Positions 39,455 to 49,409 of a stretch of 64,000 nt of DNA are shown one piece after another; position 1 is the stretch's first letter; each line of letters begins with the position of its first letter. The DNA is from Akkermansiaceae bacterium UBA3385 (GTDB lineage Bacteria; Verrucomicrobiota; Verrucomicrobiia; Verrucomicrobiales; Akkermansiaceae), in contig DEPT01000070.1 of assembly GCA_002358905.1 (NCBI GenBank), forward strand, positions 14,866 through 78,865, written 5' to 3'. The notes below the pieces were generated by a model that searched no databases, was not told the DNA's origin, and worked only from the letters and a program-made list of their open reading frames with translations. Made by a program: the position numbers and the translations under genes.

Positions 39455-39526
39455 GGCCCTGTCGTTCAATGGATAGGACGGAGGTTTCCGGTACCTCTGA
39501 TGTAGGTTCGATTCCTACCGGGGCTA
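39455..39526 (+). tRNA. tRNA-Arg (anticodon CCG)
   Basis: Cloverleaf: GGCCCTG/CGGGGCT acceptor stem, GTTC/GGAC D-arm, GAGGT-TTCCGGT-ACCTC anticodon arm, GTAGG-TTCGATT-CCTAC T-arm. CCA is not encoded. Confidence 0.95.
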
Positions 39527-39529
39527 TAC

Positions 39530-39575
39530 ACGCAAAACAGCACAGCATCAGCATGTTGTGCTGTTTTGCGTTTTC
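39530..39575 (+). terminator. Intrinsic terminator after the tRNA
   Basis: cgcaaaacagcacagcat / atgttgtgctgttttgcg followed by tttt. Confidence 0.85.
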
Positions 39576-39639
39576 ATTGCTCGCGTACGCACGCGAATTG
39601 GGCTTGATGCCACAGGCGCACTGTGGTAGAATGCGCGGC

Positions 39640-41538
39640 GTGAAAGTTATTGTTGTAACAGGAGGCATTGCCTCGGGCAAGTCCACCGTGGTGGAAATGC
39701 TGCGCGAGATGGGTGGTGAAGGTGTGGAACTTTTTGATTGTGACGCCGCTGTGGCAGAATTGCAGCAGACGGGTAAACTGTCCCGTGACCTGGTGACAGC
39801 ATTCGGTTCTGAAGCCCTGTGCGATGACGGCAGCGTAAACAAGGATTTTCTGCGCAACATTGTGCAAACCGACCCTGAAGGCCGCGACAAACTGAACAAT
39901 GTGGTGCACCCGAAGCTGGGGCAGATGTGCCTGCACACCCAAGCGGAAGCACGCCGCCGCGGAGATGTGCACACCTTTCTGGTGGATATTCCGCTTTATT
40001 TCGAAAGTCCCGTGGAATTCGGGGCAGATATTGTATGCGTAGTGGCGGCCACAACAGAAACCCAGATAGCCCGGATGGCAACGAGAGACGGCTTCAACCG
40101 CAGCCAGGCGGAGGCCATGATTGCGGCACAGATGCCCACGCAGGCTAAAATTGACCGCGCCAACCTGGTATTCTGGAATGAAGGCTCCGAAGAAATGCTG
40201 CGCAGCCAGGTAGAACTTTTCTACACTACGGAGCTGGCCGCAGAAGCCAAGGCCATGCATGCACGCTCAGTGGTTATTAACCTGAACGAATTGCGTGCGC
40301 TACCGCTGAATGAATTGCAACGCATTGCCACAACAACGGCACGCCGTGGCACCGACACCCTGCCCCGCCCGCAGCTGGTGGCCGAACTGGCATACACTTA
40401 CCTTTCGGAAGGCAGCCAGGTAGAGGTGAGCGGCATCCTGGAATTCGGCAGAGACAACATGGTATTCCTGCGCGATGAAGCACGCAGTTTCCGCCCCGGT
40501 GATGATGACCCCCGCATTCCTCAGGAGCTCATCCGTAAGTATGAGCTGCGCCCCGGTAACAGCGTCAAGGTAAAGCTGCGCGCAGTACAGGGGAAGTATG
40601 AGCGCAATCTCCTGGCAGGCGAAATCCTGGAAATTGAAGGTGCGCCCGCTGCTGAATATCAGCAACCCAAGCCATTTGACAGACTGACCCCGCTGATTCC
40701 CACAGAACGCCTGATTCTGGAAAATCCGGACATCAAATCACCGGCCATGCGCGTACTCGACCTCATCACCCCGCTGGGCATGGGGCAGCGAGCACTGGTG
40801 GTAGCCCCACCCCGCGGCGGTAAGACGGTACTGCTCAAGACCATGGCCAGGAGTCTGCGCGCCAATTATCCCAAGGCGGACCTGCTGGTGCTGCTGCTGG
40901 ATGAACGCCCTGAAGAAGTAACGGATTTCGAAGATACAGTGGATGTGCCCGTCTATGCTTCCACATTTGATGAACCGTCCCGCCGCCACGCCCAGCTGAG
41001 CGACCTGCTGCTGGAGCGCGCCCGCCGACTGGTGGAACAGGGGCGGGATGTCATTATCATGCTCGATTCCCTCACCCGCCTGGCCCGTGGCTACAACGCC
41101 AACCAGAGCGGCGGACGCACCATGTCCGGTGGTCTGGGCTCCAATGCGCTGGAAAGGCCCCGCAAGTTCTTCGGTGCGGCCCGCAAGGTGGAAGAAGGTG
41201 GCAGTCTTACCATCATTGCCACCTGCCTCATCGAAACCGAATCCCGCATGGATGAAATCATTTTCGAGGAATTCAAGGGCACGGGCAACATGGAGATCCG
41301 CCTGGATCGCGAGCTCTCCGAACGCCGCATCTACCCCGCCATCTCAATTCCGCAGAGCGGTACCCGCAACGATGACCGCCTCTACCACCCGGATGAACTG
41401 GTACGAGTGCTGCAGGTGCGCCGCCAGCTGGCCGCTCTGCCCGGCTGGGAAGGTCTGCAGACCCTGCTCAAGAATATTAATCAGACCCAGAACAACTTGG
41501 AAATTCTGCTCAAGGGACTGACGATTTCAACCCGATGA
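39640..41538 (+). CDS. coaE-rho: Fusion protein: N-terminal dephospho-CoA kinase (CoaE) plus C-terminal transcription termination factor Rho
   Basis: CoaE motifs [15 protein letters not shown]...VHP, DIPLYFE and R...RDG...AQMP. Rho motifs [62 protein letters not shown] and SGTR. One open frame; start set to GTG 39640 (ATG 39631 possible). The ORF-track extension to 39412 overlaps the tRNA. Confidence 0.93.
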   Translation: MKVIVVTGGIASGKSTVVEMLREMGGEGVELFDCDAAVAELQQTGKLSRDLVTAFGSEALCDDGSVNKDFLRNIVQTDPEGRDKLNNVVHPKLGQMCLHTQAEARRRGDVHTFLVDIPLYFESPVEFGADIVCVVAATTETQIARMATRDGFNRSQAEAMIAAQMPTQAKIDRANLVFWNEGSEEMLRSQVELFYTTELAAEAKAMHARSVVINLNELRALPLNELQRIATTTARRGTDTLPRPQLVAELAYTYLSEGSQVEVSGILEFGRDNMVFLRDEARSFRPGDDDPRIPQELIRKYELRPGNSVKVKLRAVQGKYERNLLAGEILEIEGAPAAEYQQPKPFDRLTPLIPTERLILENPDIKSPAMRVLDLITPLGMGQRALVVAPPRGGKTVLLKTMARSLRANYPKADLLVLLLDERPEEVTDFEDTVDVPVYASTFDEPSRRHAQLSDLLLERARRLVEQGRDVIIMLDSLTRLARGYNANQSGGRTMSGGLGSNALERPRKFFGAARKVEEGGSLTIIATCLIETESRMDEIIFEEFKGTGNMEIRLDRELSERRIYPAISIPQSGTRNDDRLYHPDELVRVLQVRRQLAALPGWEGLQTLLKNINQTQNNLEILLKGLTISTR

Positions 41539-42416
41539 AGGATTTCCTTCGCCGCCACCCCCTGATTCGGAGTCTGCTGACCCTGGTATGCCTACTGACA
41601 GCGCTAGGGACGGGGGCGGCCAGCATCGGCATCTGGATTCTGTTTTTCAACGATATACTGAGCGAGCGGGTGCATGAAGTGCAGCCCTTCTGCCACCAGC
41701 CCGAATACGAAGGCAAGCTCGTCAAGATACACGTGCGCGAGCTGCACAGCGAGGGAGGACCGGCAAAGCTCAATAATTACGGGCTCTCGTGTGATAATGC
41801 TCTCTGGGTTCGCTCAGACATGCGGCCACCCCGCCCTATGATGAAAAGAGGGGAGGACTTTCACTCCATCGGCAGTGTGCGTGAGTGTATCGCGGCAGCG
41901 CCCAAACTTCTCTCCGGCGCATACGAACTGCACTTTTCCCACAATCTGATGGAACACATGGACTGCGGCAAGCCTATCTGTATTCCACCATCGCAGGTTA
42001 CGTTACCCGCCGCTCTGGCTGACAGAGTTGCAGAAATCCGAGACACACACTTCGTGATGCGGGGCAACGACAACGCCACCGTTCACCTGAGCTTCAGTTA
42101 CGTTCCTTCTCCGCAAAGGGTGAACCTTCAGCTGCTCGGCAGACAACGGGGAAACCGTATCGAGGTAACGGAATTCATCCGCGGCGAAGATGCATTCCGC
42201 CATCTTGAACGAGAGCATTCTTTTATCATCTTTTCATTCCGGGAGCACCTGCTCCTGGCGCTGGTATTCCTTATGATAAGCAGCTCATTAGCTGCTCTGG
42301 TCTACTACCTCAACACCCTCTGCAGCTGCAGAGCTGTTCTCTTCGCCGCGGCTGTATCCATCTTGCTGCAACTTGTTCCGGCCTTCATTACCCCGCATTT
42401 CCTCCACCTGCCATAA
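41535..42416 (+). CDS. Membrane protein, apparent divergent paralogue of the TMEM43-like protein at 58371-59528
   Basis: ATGA overlap with the rho stop. Collinear similarity to the other copy: EGKLVKIH/DGCLVHAQ, SQVTLPAALADR/AQVQLPPEWAAR and LLGRQRGN/LVAQQRGH. Confidence 0.6.
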   Translation: MKDFLRRHPLIRSLLTLVCLLTALGTGAASIGIWILFFNDILSERVHEVQPFCHQPEYEGKLVKIHVRELHSEGGPAKLNNYGLSCDNALWVRSDMRPPRPMMKRGEDFHSIGSVRECIAAAPKLLSGAYELHFSHNLMEHMDCGKPICIPPSQVTLPAALADRVAEIRDTHFVMRGNDNATVHLSFSYVPSPQRVNLQLLGRQRGNRIEVTEFIRGEDAFRHLEREHSFIIFSFREHLLLALVFLMISSSLAALVYYLNTLCSCRAVLFAAAVSILLQLVPAFITPHFLHLP

Positions 42417-44387
42417 CTGGCAGGAGTGTTCCCCCACCGGAATTCCCCGCTGCCCCGCATCTGCCCCCGGCAGGAATATCAGGTGAGCCCCCGCCGCCAC
42501 ATCATCTGCCAGCACAGGCATGTGCGTGTGACGCCCCATAATAACCACATCTGAGGCCGCAGCAGGCAGAGCAGCATACGCCGCATACGAAGCATGGCCC
42601 ACGTACTGCACCTGACCAACGGGGCTTTCCCAGAGCACAATCGGGTGATAATCTGAACTTTTCCGGCGCGGATACTCCGCAGGTGGCGGAAGAATGGTAA
42701 AGCGCCCGGCCTGTGTTTCAAAGGCGCATCCTTCCTGCGGCAATTCGTTGGCATGAATCACCACCAACTCCGGCCACATGCGCTGCAGCACAGCAGCACC
42801 GCCACCCACCCGGGGAGAAGTTACAAGAAGCACCGCCGGTGTATACCCGGTGTGAAACAAAGTGGGTAAGGTCTTCCCTTCTGCAGTAGCTTCATTGCCA
42901 CAATCGACCAGCAGACCATGATTCCCAAGCATGGTGAAACTGCCGCCATAGCCAGTCCCCTGCACCAGCAGAGAATACAGAGGAGCGGGTTCCTGCGCAG
43001 GGAGATACGCCCAGGGCAAATCACCAAACCAGCTCACCACACCCAGCAGCAGAGCGGAAGATTTCTGTGCAGCCCACCCTGTGGCAGCGCCCACCCAGGG
43101 GATTCCCGCCACGCAAAGATGCAGCAGTCCGCAGAACATAACCACAGGCAAAAGGGGAGTAATAGCTATATTGGTCAGGAAACTGGTAGTATTTGCCGTG
43201 TGAAAAAAGCAGAGGGCAAGAGGCACAGAAACCAGCCAGGCACTCAGCGCCACAATGACCGCTCCGCGCACCCCCAATTCCAGGTTACTCCAGCGCATTT
43301 CCCACCGTGTACGCAACGTAACCGGAATGTAGTCATCCGGTCCGAACCAGGCTTTTTCCTCCAGGCAGAGTTTCAGCGCCAGGCAGATAGCGGCATACAC
43401 ACCGAATGAAAGAATAAAGCCGGCATGATACAGCTGACTGGAATCCACCAGCAGAATCAGCAGCGCAGCAAAACTCCAGGTGTTCAGCAGGCTCACCCGC
43501 CGCCGGAGCATGACGCCCAGCAGGAGAACGGCCAGCATCAGATACGCACGTATGGCAGGCACGGCAACTCCAGTCATGAGCACATACACACCCACTGTCA
43601 CCAGCAGCAGAGGGCGCACCACCGCCGGGCGTATCCGCATAAGGCGGAACAAGGCCCAGAGGATACCCGAAACCAGCCCCACATGAAGCCCGCTTACGGC
43701 AAAGGCATGCAGGCAGCCACCATTGCGAAAACCATCTATCGTCTCGCTTTCAGCACTGCTCTTATCCCCCAGCACCAGTGCGCAGAGAACCTGGTGCGCG
43801 GAATCATGCTCCGTTCCACGTGGCATCAGAATGGCAGCCAGACGTTCCCGGATACGCAATCCCCAATACTGCACCGTGCGCAGAGAAAGAGGCTTGCCCA
43901 GTTTCTCGCCCTCAATAAAATCGAGCGAAGCAGCAATACCCTGCCCTCGCATCCAGGTTGCGGCATCAAAAACACCCTTTGCGGCAGCAGGGCGTGGTTG
44001 CTGCCACTGCGCACGCACCCGCACCACATCCCCCGGAGTATAGGGAGTATTTCCACGCAGCACCACCCGCACACCGTTCCACCCCGTATTCAACACACAG
44101 CCGCGATTCAATTCACGCTCCACCGTTCCCTGCAGCATTACCACCTCCTGCAGTTCGGCCATCTCACAAAACTGCTCAGCCCGTTGCTTCTGCAGCCCGC
44201 TATGCAGCCCAGCCACCAGCGCGCAGAGTAACGTGCACACAGCAATGCGCCACGAGCGGACAGCCAGCGCCACCAGCACCGCCGCTGTCGACACAACATA
44301 CCACCAACCGCCTGGCACAGCTCCTATCACGGCCACCAGCGGCAGAAACAAGGGGGCACTCTGTACCAGGCAACGGAGGCGTTTCAT
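42288..44387 (-). CDS. comEC: ComEC/Rec2 competence (DNA uptake) protein
   Basis: OB-like region, ALVLGDK, HAFAVSGLHVG, AIRAYLM and GFILSF; degenerate MBL-like C-terminus. Confidence 0.9.
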   Translation of the reverse strand: MKRLRCLVQSAPLFLPLVAVIGAVPGGWWYVVSTAAVLVALAVRSWRIAVCTLLCALVAGLHSGLQKQRAEQFCEMAELQEVVMLQGTVERELNRGCVLNTGWNGVRVVLRGNTPYTPGDVVRVRAQWQQPRPAAAKGVFDAATWMRGQGIAASLDFIEGEKLGKPLSLRTVQYWGLRIRERLAAILMPRGTEHDSAHQVLCALVLGDKSSAESETIDGFRNGGCLHAFAVSGLHVGLVSGILWALFRLMRIRPAVVRPLLLVTVGVYVLMTGVAVPAIRAYLMLAVLLLGVMLRRRVSLLNTWSFAALLILLVDSSQLYHAGFILSFGVYAAICLALKLCLEEKAWFGPDDYIPVTLRTRWEMRWSNLELGVRGAVIVALSAWLVSVPLALCFFHTANTTSFLTNIAITPLLPVVMFCGLLHLCVAGIPWVGAATGWAAQKSSALLLGVVSWFGDLPWAYLPAQEPAPLYSLLVQGTGYGGSFTMLGNHGLLVDCGNEATAEGKTLPTLFHTGYTPAVLLVTSPRVGGGAAVLQRMWPELVVIHANELPQEGCAFETQAGRFTILPPPAEYPRRKSSDYHPIVLWESPVGQVQYVGHASYAAYAALPAAASDVVIMGRHTHMPVLADDVAAGAHLIFLPGADAGQRGIPVGEHSCQLWQVEEMRGNEGRNKLQQDGYSRGEENSSAAAEGVEVVDQSS

Positions 44388-44423
44388 GGTTGCATATTCA
44401 GTTTGGCCGACACCGCACCAGCG

Positions 44424-45974
44424 TCAATCGCGGTAATGATTACGATCAGCGCGGAGACAGAGCACCACCTGACCACCGGGGCCAAGGGGCTCACAGGTGG
44501 CCACCAGGGAGAATTGAGGAGAAACAAAGGCGCGGTGACCGTGTTCCAGACAAGTACCCGCCTCCAGCAGCATGGGGAGAACGAGCTGCTGCACAAGGGT
44601 AACGGACATACCCTTCTGGTCATCGCTATACAGCACTTCCGGAAAGCCCAATTTCTCCATACCTTCGGTCATCAGGCATTCGCCTTTCCCCTGTCCGGTC
44701 ACCTTTCCCTGCACCAGCAGACAGAGCACTGCATCAGGAGCTTCCTCTAGTTTAGGAGCATAGGTTCCGGAAAATACCGTACGACCGAAATCCACACCCA
44801 CGCATCCGCCCAACTTAGCAAGCGAGCCTACCAGACGAGCAAAACGGAGGGCCAGTTCATAAGGCACAACACCGGATTCCTCCAGACTCACCTCAATGTA
44901 ACAGGTATGAGCCAATGCCGCACGTTTCTCCTCATCGCTCATAGCGGCCTCATCCACCAATCCGCCCAGGCCTTCTCCAGTCCAGGCATGATTCACCGCC
45001 TGCACCACAGCTCCGGGTTCAGACTTGCAGGCATGCTGTAACAGCTCCGCTGAAGGCAACTGGTCACAGAGCAGCACACGGGCGCAGAAACGCGGCCGGG
45101 GACAACGCACCTGGCAGCCACGCAAGGCACCGTGTTGTTTCAGCAAGGCCACTACATCATTCATCACTGGAAGGGTATCTTCCTGGGCTATAGGTTTATC
45201 TTCATCGCCCTTTTTCTCCAGTGCTACATCCAGAGCCGTGTGCCCTGCCGTTGTCAGTGCGTTAACATCAGCCCCTCCTTGCAACAGGGATTCAATACGA
45301 TTCAGCATAAGCTCACGGTCCTCGGCAGCCCGGCCAGAGCAAAGAGAATGCAGCGGTGTATTTCCAGAGGGATTGATTTCCGCCCCCATACCACCAGGAG
45401 TCGCACCATATTGCAGCAGAAGCTGCACCAGAGGCTCATTTCCCCAGGCAAGCGCGTTAATCATGGGCGGAAACGCAAGCCCGGCATCGGGGTTCGCGCC
45501 ATGCGTCAGGAGGAAACGGATTGCTTTCATATCCGGTTCAGGTTCCAGGCAGAACGTTTGCAGACAGGTTGTCTCACTGAAATAAACAGGCAATGGAGCA
45601 TTCACATCCATGCCCAATTCCAGCAGAAGTGCCGCTCCCTTCGTGTTGCCTTTCGCCAGGGCCAGGTAAAGAAGTTCTGTAGTACCGGCAAACTCTTTCT
45701 TATCCTCAGCTCCCAACTTCTCCAGTACCTTTCGGGCGGCATCGGGGTCATACCCATTCACCGTGGCCGCCAGCATCTGCTTACCCCAGGCCACTGGGCG
45801 GCACTGCCAGTACCAATATGCCACCCCGGCAAGCGCAATCAGCAGATACAGCATACCGCCCCATACATGACCGGAAGCTATAGCCCGTATTCCTTTCAGG
45901 GATATATGAATCAGAAACAAGGTATAAAAGACATATCCCAGTATATTGACAATCTTTACTAATAAATTTTTCAT
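44424..45974 (-). CDS. Membrane-anchored ankyrin-repeat protein with a C-terminal DUF4261-like domain
   Basis: Two N-terminal TM helices; ankyrin motifs GNTPLH and GADVNALTTAGHTALDVA. C-terminal TEGMEKLGFPEV...LEHGH resembles DUF4261 (tentative). Confidence 0.7.
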   Translation of the reverse strand: MKNLLVKIVNILGYVFYTLFLIHISLKGIRAIASGHVWGGMLYLLIALAGVAYWYWQCRPVAWGKQMLAATVNGYDPDAARKVLEKLGAEDKKEFAGTTELLYLALAKGNTKGAALLLELGMDVNAPLPVYFSETTCLQTFCLEPEPDMKAIRFLLTHGANPDAGLAFPPMINALAWGNEPLVQLLLQYGATPGGMGAEINPSGNTPLHSLCSGRAAEDRELMLNRIESLLQGGADVNALTTAGHTALDVALEKKGDEDKPIAQEDTLPVMNDVVALLKQHGALRGCQVRCPRPRFCARVLLCDQLPSAELLQHACKSEPGAVVQAVNHAWTGEGLGGLVDEAAMSDEEKRAALAHTCYIEVSLEESGVVPYELALRFARLVGSLAKLGGCVGVDFGRTVFSGTYAPKLEEAPDAVLCLLVQGKVTGQGKGECLMTEGMEKLGFPEVLYSDDQKGMSVTLVQQLVLPMLLEAGTCLEHGHRAFVSPQFSLVATCEPLGPGGQVVLCLRADRNHYRD

Positions 45975-46049
45975 ACCGCAATCAAACAGATAAATTCCTT
46001 GCAGCCGGAAAAGGCAGACCAAAAATCGCCAGAGGTTGTTTTTTCTACA

Positions 46050-47168
46050 TCAACGATACACCATTACAGGCCCCGTAACCGATGACTGTACGGAACGCAC
46101 CTTCCGCAGGGCTGCGCAGAATATCGCAGCAGCGGCATCCACCTCATCTGGCGTGGTGTAGCGGGAAAGCGAGAAGCGAAGCGACTCGCGCACCTGCTTA
46201 TCCGACAGCCCCATAGCCAGTAACACATGGCTGGGATGAGGCTCGGCACTGGTACAGGCCGAACCAGTGGAGCACAACAGTCCCGCGGGTTCCAGCAGCA
46301 GGAAAAGTGACTCCGCCGACACACCCGGCACGCGCATGTTCAGCACATGCGGCAGACGTGGAGCCGCCGCCCCATTGATGCAGACTTCAATACCCTCCAC
46401 CGTGAGAGCAGATACAAAACGATCGCGGAGGGCGGCGAGAGCGGCATAGGTTTCAGCAGACTGCAGAGCAAGTTCTGCAGCCTTACCAAAGCCTATGATG
46501 CCCGCCACATTTTCCGTCCCGGCACGGCGGTAATCCTCCTGCGCACCCCCCGTCAGGTAAGGAGTGCAAGTCGTACCCGTGCGCACATACAGCGCCCCTA
46601 TCCCTTTCGGGCCATGGAGCTTGTGGGCCGAAAGCGAAGCAAAATCCACAGCGTAATCATGCAGAGCAATGGGTAATTTACCTGCGGCCTGCACCAGGTC
46701 CACGTGCACCCGGGCACCTGCCTGCTGCGCAGCATGAGCCAGAGAGCGCACCGGCTGAATCACGCCTGTTTCATGATTCGCCCAGGCAAAGCTCACGCCA
46801 TCATGCCCAGGCAGCAATTCACGCCACTCCGGCAAATCAGCCTGTCCATTGGCCAGGACCGGGGCAGCCTCTCCACGAGCTGTGCGCAAGGTGGCAGGAT
46901 GCTCCGTTGCCAGGGTGAGCACACTCCTGAACTGGGAAAGCGCCGTATTGGATGATTCCGTGCCGCCGGAGGTAAAAATAATCTCGGAAGGAAGAGCACC
47001 AACAAGAGCAGCCACCTGCTCGCGGGCTGTTTCTATGGCTTTCCGAACAGATTTCCCCACACTATAGGCAGCAGAAGGGTTGAAAAAATTCTCGCTCAGA
47101 TATGGCAACATGGACTCCAGCACCTCTGGAGCCAATGGAGTAGTGGCATTATTATCCCAGTATATCAT
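46050..47168 (-). CDS. iscS: Cysteine desulfurase (IscS/NifS group I)
   Basis: YWDNNATT, FTSGGTES, NHETG, SAHKLHGPKG and CSTGSACTS. Confidence 0.93.
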   Translation of the reverse strand: MIYWDNNATTPLAPEVLESMLPYLSENFFNPSAAYSVGKSVRKAIETAREQVAALVGALPSEIIFTSGGTESSNTALSQFRSVLTLATEHPATLRTARGEAAPVLANGQADLPEWRELLPGHDGVSFAWANHETGVIQPVRSLAHAAQQAGARVHVDLVQAAGKLPIALHDYAVDFASLSAHKLHGPKGIGALYVRTGTTCTPYLTGGAQEDYRRAGTENVAGIIGFGKAAELALQSAETYAALAALRDRFVSALTVEGIEVCINGAAAPRLPHVLNMRVPGVSAESLFLLLEPAGLLCSTGSACTSAEPHPSHVLLAMGLSDKQVRESLRFSLSRYTTPDEVDAAAAIFCAALRKVRSVQSSVTGPVMVYR

Positions 47169-47170
47169 GG

Positions 47171-47665
47171 TCACTTGTTCAGGCTGGCAATGATATTGAA
47201 GACATTGGCCGGCACACACTCACGCACCCAGCGCTGCCAGTCATGAACCCCCACGAATCCTCGAACCATGGATGAGGACACGGACTCCAGCTCCGGCGGC
47301 GGCATGAGATACACCGTCTGTAAATCCGGAGCCATGCGGGCATTCATGCGTTCCATGGATTTCTCATACTCCAGATCCACCGTATTGCGAACACCTCGCA
47401 GCAGATACGTTGCGCCGATGCGGCGGGCAAAATCCACCAGGAAACCTCCCTGCATCTTCTCCACCCGGACATTGGGTGTCCCTGCGGCCAGCATCCCACG
47501 TAAGGCGTCCAGGCGCTGAGCCTCACTCAGAAATCCCTTTTTATCCGGATTCACGCCCAGCACCACCACCAGTTCGTCAAAGAGCCGGGCTCCCTGCTGA
47601 ATCATCCAGAGGTGCCCCAACGTGGGCGGGTCAAAACTGCCCGCATAGATGCCGATACGCTTCAT
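47171..47665 (-). CDS. coaD: Pantetheine-phosphate adenylyltransferase
   Basis: YAGSFDPPTLGH, RGVR...D.EYE and VSSSMVR. Confidence 0.96.
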   Translation of the reverse strand: MKRIGIYAGSFDPPTLGHLWMIQQGARLFDELVVVLGVNPDKKGFLSEAQRLDALRGMLAAGTPNVRVEKMQGGFLVDFARRIGATYLLRGVRNTVDLEYEKSMERMNARMAPDLQTVYLMPPPELESVSSSMVRGFVGVHDWQRWVRECVPANVFNIIASLNK

Positions 47666-47800
47666 GCCACGAATGATACACCGCTCACCGCGCGCTGTCA
47701 AGCACCGTCGCGGTTGCACATGGAGCCTTGCGGTATAATCGCTCTCCCCCGTCTGGATTCTGACAGGGCGGCAACTCCACCAGAGGATAAGCCGCGTGGG

Positions 47801-49357
47801 TTAATGAGTCAGTTCCACCTTTTTCTCGCAGATGGGGCGGCCCAGCACCTGCTCCGCAGCCGGACGGTCCCAGACAGAACGCAACGTGAACAGCGTCCAG
47901 GATCGGCTGGCCTCCTCCACTTCAAAAGCAGCACGCCGCATGCGGGCTTCAAAGGATTTTATCCTGGAACGATAAGAATCGTCCAGCGCGAGAGCATCGC
48001 CTATCAGACCGCCGAACTTCTTCTTCTCCTTCTCATACACGTATGCAGCAAAGGCGAGATTTTCATGCACATTGAAACAGCCAGCCCTGAAATCGGACGT
48101 ACTGAACCCCCAATGCGGATTCGAGGCCACATAGCGCAGATTTAAATCTCCCGCAAGTGACGCAGGCGGATTAATAGTAAAGACCAGCCCCATGAGTCCG
48201 AGGCAGCCGGCACACAGGCGGGCATAGCGAAGAATGCCAGCGCGGCTGCGCATGTAGCACAGCAGAATCACCAGCCCGGCCACGCCCAGCAGCATAACCT
48301 CACAAGCCAGAATACGCTTGGGTGTAAAGGCATACTGGGCAATCTGGTTGTACAAACGCACATAGACACTCACCGCCAGCAGGAAGGTCTGCCCCACAAG
48401 CACATAGCCCAGGCCACGGGCCACCACCGTACGGCGCACGCTGCCACGGCGGCGGAAGAAATACACCAGCAGGGCCACAGCCAGCAACGAAGCCCACACA
48501 ATGGACCATGCCCCTTCGTATAGATAATCCGTCTGCGAAATTCCCTCAGGAACACGCTGGAACCAAAGAAAGGCAATATCTGTGCTGGTAGCCACCAGAA
48601 ATGCCAGATTCACACCCAGCAGCACCATGAGCGGTAACTGGGGCAGCATGCTGCGCCCGGCGGGTACAGGCTCCGCATCCTCTGCAGGAACCAGCGGTTT
48701 CGGCTGGGCCACACGCTGGAAGGTAAGCATACCAAAGGCAAACAGACCAGCAACCCAAATGAAGGCGTGCATCCAGAAATCCCAGGAAATCTGCAGATAG
48801 TCCATGATACGGTTCCACCAGGTCGTGAGGGTATCCCAGACCATCTCCACCACCGGGTTTCCACTGGCAAAAATACAAAGGAACGCCACAAAACACACCA
48901 CACCAACCAGAATACTGATAGTCATGGGCAGAATCTCACGCCACTTACCAGGTTTAGAGAACCGGCGCTGGTCGCGCCAGAAGCGCCACCAGCTGCGATA
49001 CTCCACTCCTTCCTCCACCGGCACAGGGCTACCGGGATTGAAAATCAGCACAAAGAACGGCAGGCTCAGAGCAGCAATCCACCCGACATGGTTGCCGCAC
49101 ACCAGCAATCCTGCGGCGGCCACCAGTGCCAGAGCGCCGAGGAACAGCTGTTCGTTGCGATAGAAATCACGACGCAGCAACAACAAGGCAGTCATGAACA
49201 GAATCACACCTACCGACGCACCCACACCAAGATAACGCAAGCCACTTTGCAGCAGAGGAAAACATAAATCAGCCGCAGCAGCCACCAGCACAAGCACCAC
49301 ATACGGGACCCACCCCAGACGCCACCATGCAGGGTCTTTCACTTCCTTTGTACTCAT
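47801..49357 (-). CDS. Integral membrane protein, DUF4173/DUF4153-like
   Basis: More than 10 TM helices; F.S.NPV, Y..EG.W.IV and RL..QI.QY.FT.KRI patterns. Confidence 0.65.
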   Translation of the reverse strand: MSTKEVKDPAWWRLGWVPYVVLVLVAAAADLCFPLLQSGLRYLGVGASVGVILFMTALLLLRRDFYRNEQLFLGALALVAAAGLLVCGNHVGWIAALSLPFFVLIFNPGSPVPVEEGVEYRSWWRFWRDQRRFSKPGKWREILPMTISILVGVVCFVAFLCIFASGNPVVEMVWDTLTTWWNRIMDYLQISWDFWMHAFIWVAGLFAFGMLTFQRVAQPKPLVPAEDAEPVPAGRSMLPQLPLMVLLGVNLAFLVATSTDIAFLWFQRVPEGISQTDYLYEGAWSIVWASLLAVALLVYFFRRRGSVRRTVVARGLGYVLVGQTFLLAVSVYVRLYNQIAQYAFTPKRILACEVMLLGVAGLVILLCYMRSRAGILRYARLCAGCLGLMGLVFTINPPASLAGDLNLRYVASNPHWGFSTSDFRAGCFNVHENLAFAAYVYEKEKKKFGGLIGDALALDDSYRSRIKSFEARMRRAAFEVEEASRSWTLFTLRSVWDRPAAEQVLGRPICEKKVELTH

Positions 49358-49409
49358 AACAGTTAGTTATGATACTACAGTATGCGTCTCTGTTCAATAA
49401 AAAACTGTT

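Noticed and set aside
39455..39575. tRNA-Arg as an integration site for an island or prophage
   Set aside because: I saw no integrase and no duplicated tRNA 3' end, and both flanks are housekeeping genes.
39412..39630. N-terminal extension of the CoaE-Rho ORF in the track
   Set aside because: It overlaps tRNA-Arg, its terminator and the predicted promoter; CoaE homology begins at about 39640.
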